From Eledone cirrhosa (taxonomy: Eukaryota): DNA of 64,000 nt. The notes under the pieces were generated by a model that made no database searches, had not been told where the DNA came from, and saw nothing but the letters and a program-made list of their open reading frames with translations. How positions within the stretch are numbered: position 1 is the first letter of the stretch; the number at the start of each line of letters is the position of its first letter. Location of the stretch: the NCBI GenBank assembly GCA_964016885.1, contig OZ024747.1, positions 74,400,001 through 74,464,000 on the forward strand, read 5' to 3'. Below are positions 29,531-42,597 of this stretch, in pieces. The position numbers and the translations under genes are program-made.

Positions 29531-31340
29531 CGGCTACCTCTCGGAGCCGTTCAAAATCGCGCGGTCCATCCGACAAGGGTGCCCTCTCTCCTCCCTTCTG
29601 TATGTGTTGACTCTCGAGCCACTACTGCGGAAGTTGGAGTTGTTGCAGGGCATCCCTTTGGAACCGGGATTGCGGAAAGCGGTGTCGGCCTACGCCGATG
29701 ACGTGACAGTAATGGTGTCGACGGCCTCCGAAATCGAGGCGGTCGGCACCTTACTGGAGGAGTACGAAAAGTTCACAGGGGCTAAGCTGAACCGGGACAA
29801 GTCGATCGGTTTGCAACTCGGCACGTGGAGGGGCAGACCGATGCCCTCCGATGGCGTCGTCGGACGCTGGACGGAGGGCCCGGTGAAGTTGCTCGGGGTC
29901 TGGTTCGGACCGGACCTCCAGGTGGAGAAAAACTGGGCGGAGGTTACGAACAGGGTGTTTGCACTGACCCAGAAGTGGGCCAGTTGCAAACTATCCCTGA
30001 AAGGTCGGGCGGAGGTGGCGAACACCTACATAGCGTCCGTCATCTACTACCGCCTGACCGTAGTGCCCTGCCCAAGGGAAACCCTCACCAAGATGGAGCG
30101 CGCGCTCTTCCAATTCCTTTGGAAGAGGCGGGCTCCTATGGTGAGGAGATCCATCTGCTGTCAACACCCTTCGAAAGGAGGGCTGGGGATGCCGTGGCTA
30201 ATGATGCATAAACACGCATTAAGGCTACGGCACCTCTACGTATTCCTCACCGGACAACCGGTGTGGGCCTCGTTTGTGAGACGAACCTTTCCCAGACTCG
30301 TCTCACTCACCGAGCTGCAATCCTGGGTCAAGCAAAGACCGAGAAAACTGGGCGCCTGGCACACTGAGTGTGCCCAGGCGCTCACCGCCCTCTGGCAGGC
30401 GGATCCGGTTATCAGTGGAGACTCCACCGCAACATTCTATAGAGGGCTGGTACGCAGCAGGTGCGACGACGCCCTCAGAGAAGCCCTAGACATGGAGGAG
30501 GACGAACTGGCCAGCCTGTTCGGTAGGACATTCAGCCCGGGACCTATGGACAACTTCCAGAAGTCCCTGGCCTGGCAGTGCTACCGAGGGGCTTTACCCG
30601 TTCGAGAAAGGCTCTACAGACACGGGCGCCCGGGTAGGGACCCCGCCAAAAAGATCTGTCCCAGATGCGTGTGCGACGAGGAAACCGTTGCACACGCATT
30701 GGTACACTGCTCGGGCGTAGCCGATCTGTGGGGCTATGTCGAACAACTGCTGTCAAGGGTGGGACCGATCCGGTTGACCACCGAGTCTATTGTAATGATC
30801 AAGCCGCCTCCCCCCCTTCAAAGATGAAGCAGAGGCGGTGTTTCTGTGCGTAATAGCCATGGCGAAAGAGGTTGTATGGTGGACGCGTCTGAAAGGACTG
30901 AGGTCAGGCACCTTTCTCTCTGGCCAACAACTGGTCCGTTTCTTCCGATATCATTTCGGAAGAAGGATCAGGATGGAGAGAGAGGTGCTGCACCCCAGCC
31001 GTTTCTATGAAAGATGGGTGAAAGTGGCGAGAATGGCCCGTGTGAATGGGCCTTCACTCTACATCAGACTATAGGTGAGGAAGATGAAAGACCAAGGGAG
31101 CACCCCTTCTCTGTGCTCCTGAGGAGAAGGGTTGCACACTTTTTTCGGGGGTGTGTGCGACCCCCCAAGGCGCCTCCTCTCTATTGAGGATTTTGTTAAA
31201 AATTTTATTTTTTGTTATATCTTATTTTATTTTTATATTTTGTTATTGCCTCCTCCTTATTGAGGACGCCTTTTTGTGTAAACTCCCCCCTTTGTACTTG
31301 TCCCACTTTTGATGCCCTAGTGGCAAATAAAAGAAACATA
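29531..31340 (+). mobile_element. 5'-truncated Tx1-like (L1 clade) non-LTR retrotransposon inserted in a (TATC)n/(TC)n tract
   Basis: Starts abruptly mid-RT after (TATC)n. Ends with a 3'UTR, AATAAA (31326-31331) and resumption of (TATC)n. Confidence 0.9.
29532..31074 (+). pseudogene. Tx1/L1-type ORF2 fragment: RT C-terminal half, zf-RVT region and CCHC knuckle
   Basis: GYLSEPF..RSIRQGCPLSSLLYVL, AYADDV, GAKLNRDKS, LSLKGRAEV, KGGLGMP, CPRC...ETVAHALVHC. One frameshift in a poly-C tract near 30810-30820 joins ORF 29604-30827 to ORF 30838-31074. Confidence 0.9.
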
Positions 31341-31445
31341 TCTATCTATCTATCTCTCTGTCTTTCCACCACAATCTCTCTCTCTCCCGCTCTCTCTCTT
31401 TCTCTCTGTCTTTCCACCACACTCTCTCCCCCGCTTTCTCCCCCG

Positions 31446-31512
<67 letters not shown>

Positions 31513-31672
31513 TTCCACCACACACACACATACACATTCTCTCTCTCGCGTTCCATCCACTCTCTCTTTCTCTTTCACTCTTTCTCCCCCTCTCTCTCGC
31601 TCTCTCGTTCCACCCTACTCTCTCTTTCTCTTTCACTCTCTCTCCCTCCCCTCTCTCTCTATCGTTCCACCA

Positions 31673-31711
<39 letters not shown>

Positions 31712-32356
31712 ACTTGCTATCCCTCTGTCTCTATTTTTATACGCCTCCTTAATTGTTCTCCAAGATAATGTCTCCCGACCGCAAATAACTCTATTGTTAT
31801 TTACTTACATCTTATATTGGAAACTATATATTCTACGAACAATATGAATCGTCAATGACAGGAACATATTTCTGGTTCAGTCGGGATGTAACAATGATTC
31901 ACTGCAGCTACTGAATTTACGCTTATTGCAAGTTTATTTAGAATTTCATCTATTTTTCTTTAAATTTCCATAACCGGTTCTTACTGAAAGCATGCACAGT
32001 GTATTTCTTATCTTCCTATAAGAAAATGAGATTACTAAAGATATTAGTAAAGAGAGTGTATATTCAGAAGAATAAGCTAGGGTACTCTGAGAATGATAGT
32101 GATAGTTGGTTATACTAAATATTAAATGTCTGAAACAAGAAACGTTTAGGTATTGCTACAATATTACAATAAAATATATGATGGATCAATAATAGAAATA
32201 CATAATGTTCGGAATATAATGTGAAAAAATCCTTCCACAAAACAATTATCTTCCTGCTTTTATAGAAAAGTAGGCATATGGCTGCAAATGTGTGTGACTG
32301 TTTATGTTTATATGGATGCATTTCGTGTATGGATGGATGCATAAATGTATGTATGC

Positions 32357-32417
<61 letters not shown>

Positions 32418-32504
32418 CATACATACATTATACTTGCATATATACGTACAATTATACATCTCTCTCTCTCTCTCTAAATATATATATATACACCTCTATT
32501 CTTT

Positions 32505-32549
<45 letters not shown>

Positions 32550-32739
32550 TCTCTCCCTTGTGAGCTTTTCAGCAACTGAACATCCCCAGAGGAAATTTAT
32601 GTCTTGAAATTGTGGGAATATGATAAGCTGACTGAATATTTTCCATTCGTCATATTCAGTACTCAGATTCGCACATACACGCACACATACACGCACACCT
32701 ACACTTTCACACCAACACACAGTGTGTGTGTGTTTGAAG

Positions 32740-33060
32740 TCGTATAGCTGAGTGGTTAGTGCCTTGGACACACAATCACGAGGTAGTGTGTTTGAAGTCG
32801 TCTAACTGAATGGTTAGTAGTCTTGGACACACAATCACGAGGTAGTGTGTTTGATTGCCGGATCAGATTATGTGTTCTGTCCTTGAGTAAGACATTTTAG
32901 TTCACGTTGCTCCACTTCTCTCAGCTATAGAAATCAGTAGCGACGTCACTGGAGCCAAGCTGCATCGGCTTTTCCCTTGGACAAAATCGGTTGCGTGGGG
33001 AGGAGACTGAAATGCATGGGCCACTGTTGGTCTTCCAGACTTGTGCATCGGAGAGGAACT
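32740..33060 (+). mobile_element. Second tRNA-derived SINE family with CORE-like central domain and a duplicated head (related pieces at ~23000-23230 +, 35850-36040 -, 36590-36810 -, 46860-47120 +)
   Basis: tagctgagtggttag head; gtccttgagtaagacatttta...cacgttgctcca...ctcagct central domain. Confidence 0.65.
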
Positions 33061-33191
33061 TTTTTTACCCTCTACTCTTTATATGTCCAAGAATGGACAA
33101 GGTATTTTTGCGGAAAATCAGCAGTCGCCCATGTATATCAATCTCCCCTCACCAGGCATTTTTCACATTTCATCCCAGGGTGATCCTTTAG

Positions 33192-33306
<115 letters not shown>

Positions 33307-33357
33307 CACATGTGAGTGCGTATATATGTGTATGCATGCACATATGCATGTATATAT

Positions 33358-33452
<95 letters not shown>

Positions 33453-36266
33453 AAGGGATTACCATGGGATGAAATGTGAAACGGTAAAAAATTATTCAAT
33501 ATTGTAAAAACACAGTTTTGAATAAATAAATATATGCGTGTCTGTGTATGTGCGTGTAAGAGAGATAGAGAAAGTATGTGTTAATGTCTGTGTATGAGAG
33601 TCCATTTTTATGTGTGTATGAAGGTTTGTTTTTATGTGTGTGCATGTTTGTATGAGTGTATGTATATATGTGTGTGTGTGTGTATGAGTGCGTTTTTCCG
33701 AAGTACCAATTGAGTGATGTAAAACGAGAGGAATACTTTTGAGTCGTCAGGTTTCGTATGTTTACCGGCGCCAAATATCTGCCATGCCAGAGCTGGAAGC
33801 AAGAATAACTGTATATAATTTCGCTTCGTGTCGAAAGTTAATCACTCCGCACATTTAGAAAAGCAACACTGGATTCTTTAAACTTAAGTGTGCTTTAAGT
33901 CAGTTATTTGTGAATTCAGAATATATATATATATATTTATATATATATATATATATATATATTTATTTATTTATTTATTTACCTTCCTAAGCAAATATTA
34001 TGAAAAACGATAACTACAACGATGTGTAATGGAATGTTTGAAAGCTTTTGAAGTTACAGTGTTTTGAATTCGATTCTAGTCCTAAGGTTCACAGTAAAGC
34101 TGAGAAGATCAGGAAGACATCCTTGCGAGAAGCCCTGGTTATGGTCTTTTTAATATCGCTGTTACTACCTTCGTTCTTGTTGTCACTATCAACAGGTTTG
34201 TAGCGCATATACAAATAGATATGTATTTTGGTAGTTTGGGGAGGTGAATATAATTAATGGGGAGCGGGCATAGCAATGTGTTACAGAGTGGTCATGCTAC
34301 AGCCTAGATTCCAATTGGTATTCGTTCGGGCTCTTTGTTTCTATTGTTGCCCAATATTTCTGTCACCCAGCTTACTACAACCACAACCACTACCCCCACC
34401 CCTCCACCACCTACACTACCAGCAACACAACTACAACTACCACCACAACCACTACCACCAACACAACTACAACCACAACTACCACCACTACCAGCAACAC
34501 CACTATAACCACAACTACCACTACACGCAACACCACCACCACTACCAGCAACACAACTACAACCACTAGCAACACCACTATAACCACAACCACCACCACT
34601 GCCAGCAACACCACCACCATCGCAACCACCACCAGCAACACCACCTCCACCTTCATAACCTAACTCTTCAGTGTCCATACCATAGTTCATTCTATTGGAA
34701 GGATTGGGGCCAACATTTTCGATTTAAGGAAACATTCCTCCTTTCTACCACTCTTGGAGACCCTAAAAGGTGATATGGGTGCTGCCCTAAATACTTTTAC
34801 TAAATTCTAAGCAATAAAAATAACACAAAAACACAATAAAATCAATAGTTAAATAAATTGGTTTCCCGTGGTGAAAATCAATTCGTTATCGAAGAAACGA
34901 TTATTTAGCCTCTTTTAAAATTAAAGAAAAATGAAATACTCTTCCATTACATATTCGATTCTTTTCTATAGGGATTTGTATATTTTCTAGCAATATTGTA
35001 ATCCTACACCAACTTAAAGAGAAAATATATATCATTCTAATGTACTTTAAGATATCCTGCACAGAACCTTACAGCACTGCGGCTTTCTTTTTACATTTAC
35101 TGTCTTCCATACACTTGTATCTCATGCTAATCGGCTTCCACACAATAGAATGATAAAATAGAAATATTGGAGTTTGTAGGTTAATAAATTATTAAGAAAT
35201 CAGAGATAACATTTGATAAATTCCTTGACAGATGTCAAAATTAGACTTGACGCTTTCGCGATACTTTAATATAAATCTCATTCTGAACAGATATTTTATA
35301 TTATTATATGAATAACTACAATCACAATTATTGTAATTATTACATAGGGATATAATAGTATCACAATGACTTTCTTATCGTTCATCAGATAATAAAACAA
35401 ACTATATTATTTTCTGTGAAAATAAAACATTGTTAGATTCAAAGACACATTCTTGCTAAAAACAAACTACGTTGAAAGCAAACCTCATAAAAACTAAACC
35501 TGTTTTATTGATTATATATATAAACATTAGAAGAAATGCTTTCATTTCATTGTACCAGTCATACCCTTGCACCAGTAACATGTCAAAATGAAAAGGAATA
35601 TATAATGAAAGACGCGAGAGAAGGCTTAATTGGAGTTCAGATGAATTGAAAGCAATCAATCGTCAAATTTGCAGAGTTAATTGACTGACAATCAGAGAGG
35701 TTAGTACATGATATTATGTGCATTGGGTCTCCGTCTTTTCGGGCGAGGAGTATTGCAGTTAATGCGATCAATGAAACTACCTGTTCGTGAAAATAACATA
35801 CAAGTGTCTGAGCATTTCTCACACACTTTATATAGTACACAGGAGGATTCAGCATAACACAGTGTAGGATAAGTCTATCCCTTCAATTACAGGTACAGCT
35901 ATCTTTCCAGCTGAGTGGATTGGTGAAGCAACGGGAAATAGTGGTTTCTTTTCATTTGTCTTTGGTGGGGCTCAAAGACCACCAGGAACAGAACTCACGA
36001 TTGTGACTCGAACATCCTAACCCCTAAGCCATGCACCTTCACATTAAACGTAGGGACCCAACAAAGAGCCTTTATGTGTTTACTTCAACAAAAGGAAATA
36101 ACAGCCACCCCCTCCCACAAATCTGTCCCTGCCGGGAAGAATAATTAGTTTGAACGATTTATTAAGCTCGTAAAAAGGAAAGGTCACGGCCGGAGCGTAA
36201 TTAATCGTGGTTCTGTTATATTACAATGACTTCGGATTGGACTCACAATGGACTACGACGTTAAAT

Positions 36267-36307
<41 letters not shown>

Positions 36308-37429
36308 TCTTGTCCAGAAGAATTAATATCAACTGTGAGTCCTCTCTATTTTTCATGCAATGTTCATCTAGGACAGCATTATCCAAGATAAGCTCCTTTT
36401 CTAAGATAGCAATTTGGCTGCTATTTCTAGCAGACTGTGTGTCATAAAGACTTTCTCGTTTCGCTGCAAAGCATGTTATTTTCAATTTGTTTCATTTTAT
36501 TTTATTTTATTTTATTTTCAACTTGCTTGTTTTAAAAAAAATCGTCTGTTTGTCTCAATAGTCCCGGGTTTATCCCGGATTCCTTGGTGTTAAGGGACTG
36601 AGATTACATGACTCCCCTCCTTTGACAGGAGGCCACTCCACCGTAGGGTTAAACTCCCAGCTATTGTTGGTATCCCCTTGCAACTGAGTATCCCAGAGGA
36701 GCGTGAAATGAAGTATTTTGCCCAAGAAGATAACACACAACCCGGTTCAGCAATCGAACCCACGACATTATTGTCATAAGTCCAACACCTTAACCACTGA
36801 CCATACGTAAGTAAAATTGCCAAACTAAAATCAAACTTTAAAAAGGAAAACAGAAAACAGAATAAAAATAACGGGGACTTCGGAATTTTCTGGGGAAGGT
36901 TTTATCTTTCTTTCCTCCACAAAATCTATCCTAAATATATTCTCATTAATAATAAATTATCATTTCTTTATGGCACCTATTTATTTTCATATTTTTAACT
37001 CATCTATTTTTAATTTTCCTTTTTTCACAGATATTTTCCCCGAAGAAAATAAAAATGATAATATAAATTCCTAAATGTTGACAGCAGTATCACAAGCCCG
37101 TATAGTGGCGAATCAGCAAGGAAGACATTCAGTTATTACTCGACATTCAACAAATAATAGTCATATTTCATGCAAATCTTACGCTAGCGTCTTTAGATAT
37201 AAATGGAAAGTCACGTTGGATATTGTAATCAGTGATATAGAAAAGTACGGGATGGGCATGGCTGGAACCATGTGGATCAAAAGTTGACAATTGTAAAGAG
37301 GAATTAGAGTTGATCAATTATACTCAATAAATTAGCAACTGATCAATTGTAGAATATCTTTCAGAGCAATTGAAACTGGCATTGTACTTTCTCACCTTGA
37401 TGAGAGCTGTATTGCTATATAGTAATATG

Positions 37430-37770
37430 GTATGGTTCCCTAACTCTTGAGGGAGTCGTAGGGGCACAGTGTTGGCATACGGCGTTTCTAAGACATGTTT
37501 TAAACCTGATGGAGCTCATCTCCTCTCCAGGTTTGAATGCAGCAGATTTCTTCCAGATAAGGATAGAGAGAGAATGAGAAAATGGAATTGAGAAAGAGAT
37601 ATACAGGAAGAATCGATCCCAGTCCTAAACTGGTATTTTTTTTATCGATATCGAATGGATGAAAGACAAAGTTGACCTCGGCGGGGTTTGGACTCAGAAA
37701 ACAGAGAGGTGAAACAAATACCGCAAAGTATTCTATATGACGTTCTAACGATTCAGCCTATTCGCCGCCA
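37430..37770 (-). mobile_element. SINE with family-1-like head and body but a different, longer 3' tail (family 1b; copies at ~150-470 -, 12170-12375 +, 44550-44715 -, 60287-60580 +)
   Basis: Tail ctggaagaaatctgctgcattcaaacctggagaggag...cccctacgactccctca is shared among the copies. Confidence 0.8.
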
Positions 37771-37919
37771 TTCACAGTCGGATACAGACGTACAAAGACG
37801 CTCATAGATAGACGCTCAAAGACGCGCATTGATAGTCAGTTAAATACATATTTTAGGTGAGAGAATCGAAATTACATGGCGAGTAAAGACAAAATATTAT
37901 TATATTTAGATTGATGTAT

Positions 37920-38311
37920 GGCGGTGGATTGGCAGTATCGGTAGAGGGTCCGATGCCATGCTTTGACGCATAGAGTTACGCCCCTTGCCATTCTGAGTTC
38001 AAATCCCGCCGAGGTTAACTTTGCCTTTCATCCTTATGGGGGTCGATAAAATAAAGTACCAGTAATACGCTCGGATAATTGCTGGCCTTGTGCGAAAAGT
38101 AGAAACAATTATATTTAGATTGATGTAGGTGGATTGGCAGAAGCGGAGGAGCGTCAGACACCATGCTTTGCAGCATAGAGTTGTGGCCCTTTATGTTCTG
38201 AGTTCAAATCCTGCCAAGGTTAGCTTTACCTTTCATTCTTACGGGGTCGATAAAATAAAGTACCAGTAATGTACTGGGATAATTGCTGGCCTTGTGCCAA
38301 AAGTAAAAACA
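37920..38311 (+). mobile_element. Two tandem family-1 SINEs punctuated by a triplicated 20-bp target sequence
   Basis: Same SINE motifs. attatatttagattgatgta occurs at 37899, 38108 and 38312. Confidence 0.88.
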
Positions 38312-38619
38312 ATTATATTTAGATTGATGTATTTTACCATTATATCGCAGACAAAGCTCCGTAATCAAGACGCTCGCACCTTGGGAAAGTTTATTTCACC
38401 ATAGTTCCCACTTGAACTGAGCAGAACCATGTCGTATATATAGAGTAACAGATTACGACCAGAAAGAAGAGGAGGCAGAGAAGAGTCATTGAGGAGGTCA
38501 CAGAATATGTAATGAAAGAACATTGACGAAATAACCAATAACTAATAATATAGATAGATAAAGTGAAAAGCATATGATGCGTGTGTTTTTTTATTGGCAA
38601 TGCTGGCAACATGACCATC

Positions 38620-38665
<46 letters not shown>

Positions 38666-39299
38666 AGTCGTTTGGAAGCCTCGACAATGCAAATGGGTAA
38701 ATCTCCGGGTAACAAGATCCGGTGGTGGAGAGAGAGATGTAAGTGGGTGTACGTTGAGATGCGTGGTGTGTATGAGATGTGTATAAGAATGAAGGAAAGA
38801 GTATAAAGGATAAAATAAAAATAACAACACGAGAAAGAGTTACCTTGGGAGAGATTTAATAGTCCCTGTATATTTCGGATTCACATCCATCAATTGGGGG
38901 TTTTTCCGGGGTGGGGGAAAGGTTTTCTGTCGGACAGGTGCGAAACGCGTCCTCCGCTGTTTGTTGTTTGGAATATCTGAGGTATTCGGCAGAGCGCGCG
39001 TGCGCGTGAAATGGGGTTGGTCGGGCAGAGGTCAGCGGCCGAATGAGGCAGTGGGGTGGCGCTAGCTGTCAGTCCATTCTCTGCCTGTTTGTTAAATGTT
39101 ACTGTGTGTGTGTGTGTGCGTGTGTTGTTGTCTCGCTTGAGTGTGTGTGTGTGTGCGTATGTTGTTGCCTTGTTCCTCTGTATTGGCAGTGTAGTATGTT
39201 CGTATGGTGGAATGCTACTGTGTGTGTGTGCGTGTGTGTGTGTAGTTGTCTCGTTTGTGTGTGTGTGTGTGTGCGTGTGTTGCTGCATCGTTTGTTAGC

Positions 39300-41028
39300 T
39301 TAAACCAGCCATCTCATTTCGCTTCTCTCTGGTCGGATGTTTATTTGCCGTTGCAAGCGTTTGATAAAGAGCGCTTCCTTGATACTAACATGCCGACGTT
39401 TCTTTCAGTCGCTAGAATTGTGACAATGGGCCTTCCGTCTTTGTTTCCGCATTTGTCTATGTGTTTCCGGAAAGACGAAGCCCTGGTTTTAGTGTGTTCC
39501 TTGATCCGGATGTGCAAAGGTCGGATTGTGCTACCTATGTAGTATTGGTTGCACCTTTCACATTCTATCTTATACACGACGTATGTGCGTAGGCAACAGT
39601 TCGCATGGCGTATCGGGCAGTCTCTGAGGGAGCATGCGTCAGTAGATTTCCCGGGTTTCCTGGAGAGGCATCTTCGCAGGGAGAGGCCCGAGTGGGCCAG
39701 GTGGATGTCGAGGCCCTCCCTCTGTATAGCCTTGCGGATAGCGTTGGTGGTATTCTCGCCCAGGTGTGGCATTTTAAGGAAGCACTTGCCTTGGGTGCCT
39801 CTCTATCTCTTGCGTCTGGTGTCTCCTATTCTGTATGTGATCGAGGTAGGGTACCCGTTCGTCTCCAGCACCTCGAGGAATCGCTTGGTATGAGTGACAC
39901 CACTCGCGGGATCGCTGCATCTGTTTTTGATTCGCGCGATCTCGTTCGTGATGTATCCTCTTTTGGCACTGTTAGGGAGGGCGGACTTGTAGTGAACGAC
40001 CAGGTCCCCGCAGGCTGCCTTTCGGTAGAAGTTGCAGTGGATCCTTCCCTGTTCCGTGATGTTGATTCGGAAGTCGAGGAGGGCAAGTGACCCGTCTTCG
40101 TTGGGGTGTTCAACACTGAAGTCAATGTTCTCGTCCGTGTTGTTGAACGTCTCATAGATTCTGTTCGCCGTGTCTTGGGAAGGTGTTAGGATGAGGATAT
40201 CGTCCACGTACCTTGAGAAAAAGGCTACGGCGTTGGGGTGGCAGGCGTTGAGTGCCTTGCGTTCGAGGTTGTCCATGTAAGAGATCGCTAGCACACCTGA
40301 TAGGCTTGATCCCATGGGCAATCCCGAGGTTTGTTGGTATGTTTGGTCAAGGAATCCGAAGTAGGTGTTGTCGACGACGATGGATAGGAGTTGGTGGATG
40401 TCAGTGGTGGTGAGCCCGAAGCAGTGTAGGTCGGTGGATTGGACGCGTTCCATTAGTATATTGACGGCCGGGAGTGCCGGGACCGAGGTGTAGAGAGCGA
40501 CTACATCAAGGCTGAAGGCATATCTGTTATTCCTTCTGGTATCGGGATCCATTTGATGCAGGCGCTTTAACACCTCCTCGGAGCTGTTAACGTGTCCTGG
40601 CAAGGTGTCTAAGATGGGTTTGAGTATTCTGGCTAGGAGCCATGAAATTTTGTAGAGTGGTCCCTCCACGCTCGATACGATGGGCCTGATCTTCAGGTCG
40701 GGTCCCTGTTTGTGTGTTTTCATGAGGTGGTAGAAGGCGGGTAGTCTGCTGTTCCTCGTGAGGAGGTTGTATCTCAGCTTCTTCGGGAGCTTCCGCCGGT
40801 CGCAGATGTTGGTCCAGGCGGCGTTGATGTGCTCTTCTATCTGCGCGGGAGTGATTCCTGTGACCTTGGAGTAGAGGTTGTCATCGTCAAGGTGTTGGAG
40901 GGCCAGGGTGTTGTAGGCCTCTCTGCTGATGACGCAGAATTCTTTTCCCTTGTCGGAGGGGAGATAGATGAGGTTCTTCGATTTTAGGTTGGAGAGAGTG
41001 GTGAGTTGAGATTTGGTGAGGTTATGTG

Positions 41029-41063
<35 letters not shown>

Positions 41064-41931
41064 GTATATCCGAGATGGAGTGTTTTAGCTTGATGAGTTT
41101 AGTGTTGAGTTCGTGGTTGGTGGGTCGGGGGTGGAGTGGGTTGTCGGGGTGGTAAGTGGGGAACTTGGGGTGGGTTGCGTGGGCGCTGTTATTTTCTGTG
41201 GCGCTGTTGATGGCGGTCACCCATTTAAGTTGGTAAGCGGCTCGACAAAAATTGACCTCGATATTGAGTTTGAGTCTGTCGTCGAGACGCTGTGAGACGA
41301 TGAACTTGGGTCCGAGGTGTAGGAGTTTCAGCTCGTCGCTCGTGAGAGTGCCGGTTAGGTCGGTGACCAGGTGCGTCGAATCGTTGAGGTATGGCTCGGT
41401 GTTGGTGGATGCAGCGGTGGCGGTTGTTAAGTTGTTGTTTCCCACGTGGTTCTAGTCCGTCTGTTCGTTAGTGTCGATGTTCTCGTTGTGGCGTTTCGAC
41501 AAGATCCACTCATATTTTCGCTTGAGCCGTTTTTTCTGGTATTGGACTCTGGAGTGGTAGCACTGGTCGATTGCTTTAGTGATTTTCAGGAGCAAGTCCC
41601 CGGGTGCTATTGACAGTCGATGTGTCCGCTCTGAGAGTGTCCGCTTATGGACGTGTAATTGGCGGTTGAGATGTCTCAGCATCTGTTTAATACACGTGCG
41701 ATATATGCGGTTAGTGTTGTTTTGGAAAGCTGGTGTACGTAGGCTTACTGGTAAGCGGATGTTCCTGATGGTGTTGGGGATGACATCGTTTTTTAGGCAG
41801 CGTTTCAGGAAAATAATTTGACAGCCAGCGTTGGCCCATTTCTCTGACAGTCTAAACAGTTCCCTTACGGATGCAAACAATTCCTGGCTCAGGTGTAAGG
41901 ATAAGAGAGTATTGAAGTTTGCTTGAAGCAT
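39300..41931 (-). pseudogene. Disrupted PLE polyprotein (~870 aa reconstructed): N-terminal domain, reverse transcriptase, Cys-rich linker, GIY-YIG endonuclease
   Basis: Motifs read in the sequence: LPSDKG, FYHLMKTHK, IRPIVSS, SLDVVALYTSVP, GLPMGSSLS, FSRYVDDI, LALLDF, FYRK; linker CSLRDCPIRHANCC; VVYKIEC..C..YYIGST.R.L..RIKEH; IKEALFIK...IN in a shifted frame. Lesions: in-frame TAG at 41452-41454 and 39803-39805, frameshift at (CA)n ~41030-41060, frameshift near 39390. Confidence 0.93.
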
Positions 41932-42031
41932 TGTGGAATAATAAGTAAATATCTTTAACTCGTTTGGAAGCCTTCCATTTGTATATATTTATATGATAAA
42001 GAACACAAGAGCGTCTACAACATCAAAAGAT

Positions 42032-42090
42032 TTTTATTGGCTTACAATGTTTCTTCCTTACGTAACCGTAGGATTCGTCAGAGCTATAAA
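42032..42090 (-). ncRNA. Type I hammerhead ribozyme in the PLE 5' pseudo-LTR
   Basis: Reverse complement reads tttatagct-CTGACGA-a-tcctacg-gtta-cgtaagga-a-GAAAC-att-GTA-agccaataaa. Stem I gct/agc plus tttat/ataaa; stem II hairpin; minimal stem III. Same strand as the PLE ORF. Confidence 0.85.
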
Positions 42091-42486
42091 AGGGGTTTGA
42101 TTGGTGTTATGGACTCTACCAACCAAACATTCAAGAACAAAGAGTAAAGAGAGTAAAGAGCAAAAGTAGGGGACGATAAGTAAGTAGTCCTGGATGGGGT
42201 TGGGATGTTCTTGAGTGATATAGGTAGGTAGTCTTTAGTTAGCATGCTGCCAATCAATTATAATCATACACACAAGGTGGACAGGTTATAAGGATTTAGC
42301 TCAACCGGGGGGGAGCCGTAATATATATATATATATATCAGTATGGGTCCAGTTTAATAACTGAAGCCCTAACAGAACATGTGTGTATGTGTGTGTACGT
42401 GTGTGTACGTGTGTATGTGTGTATGTGTGTATGTGTGTGTATGTATGTGTATGTGTATGTATGTGTGTGTATGTGTATGTGTGTGT

Positions 42487-42597
<111 letters not shown>

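Larger units (their letters stand above)
38663..42320 (-). mobile_element. Penelope-like retroelement (PLE), near full length, flanked on both sides by (TA)n; 5' region carries a hammerhead ribozyme
   Basis: GC-richer block between (TA)n tracts (38624-38662 and 42321-38). Contains a PLE-type RT/GIY-YIG ORF and a minus-strand hammerhead at 42032-42090. Confidence 0.93.

Noticed and set aside
34304-34690. Gly/Cys-rich 128-aa and His-rich 97-aa ORFs
   Set aside because: They arise from a degenerate (CAC/CAA/TAC) triplet repeat with no splice or domain evidence.
39803-41454. Two in-frame TAG stops in the PLE ORF as programmed readthrough or selenocysteine recoding
   Set aside because: Selenocysteine uses TGA and the contexts lack known readthrough signals. 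Frameshifts also occur, so CAG>TAG decay is the simpler explanation.
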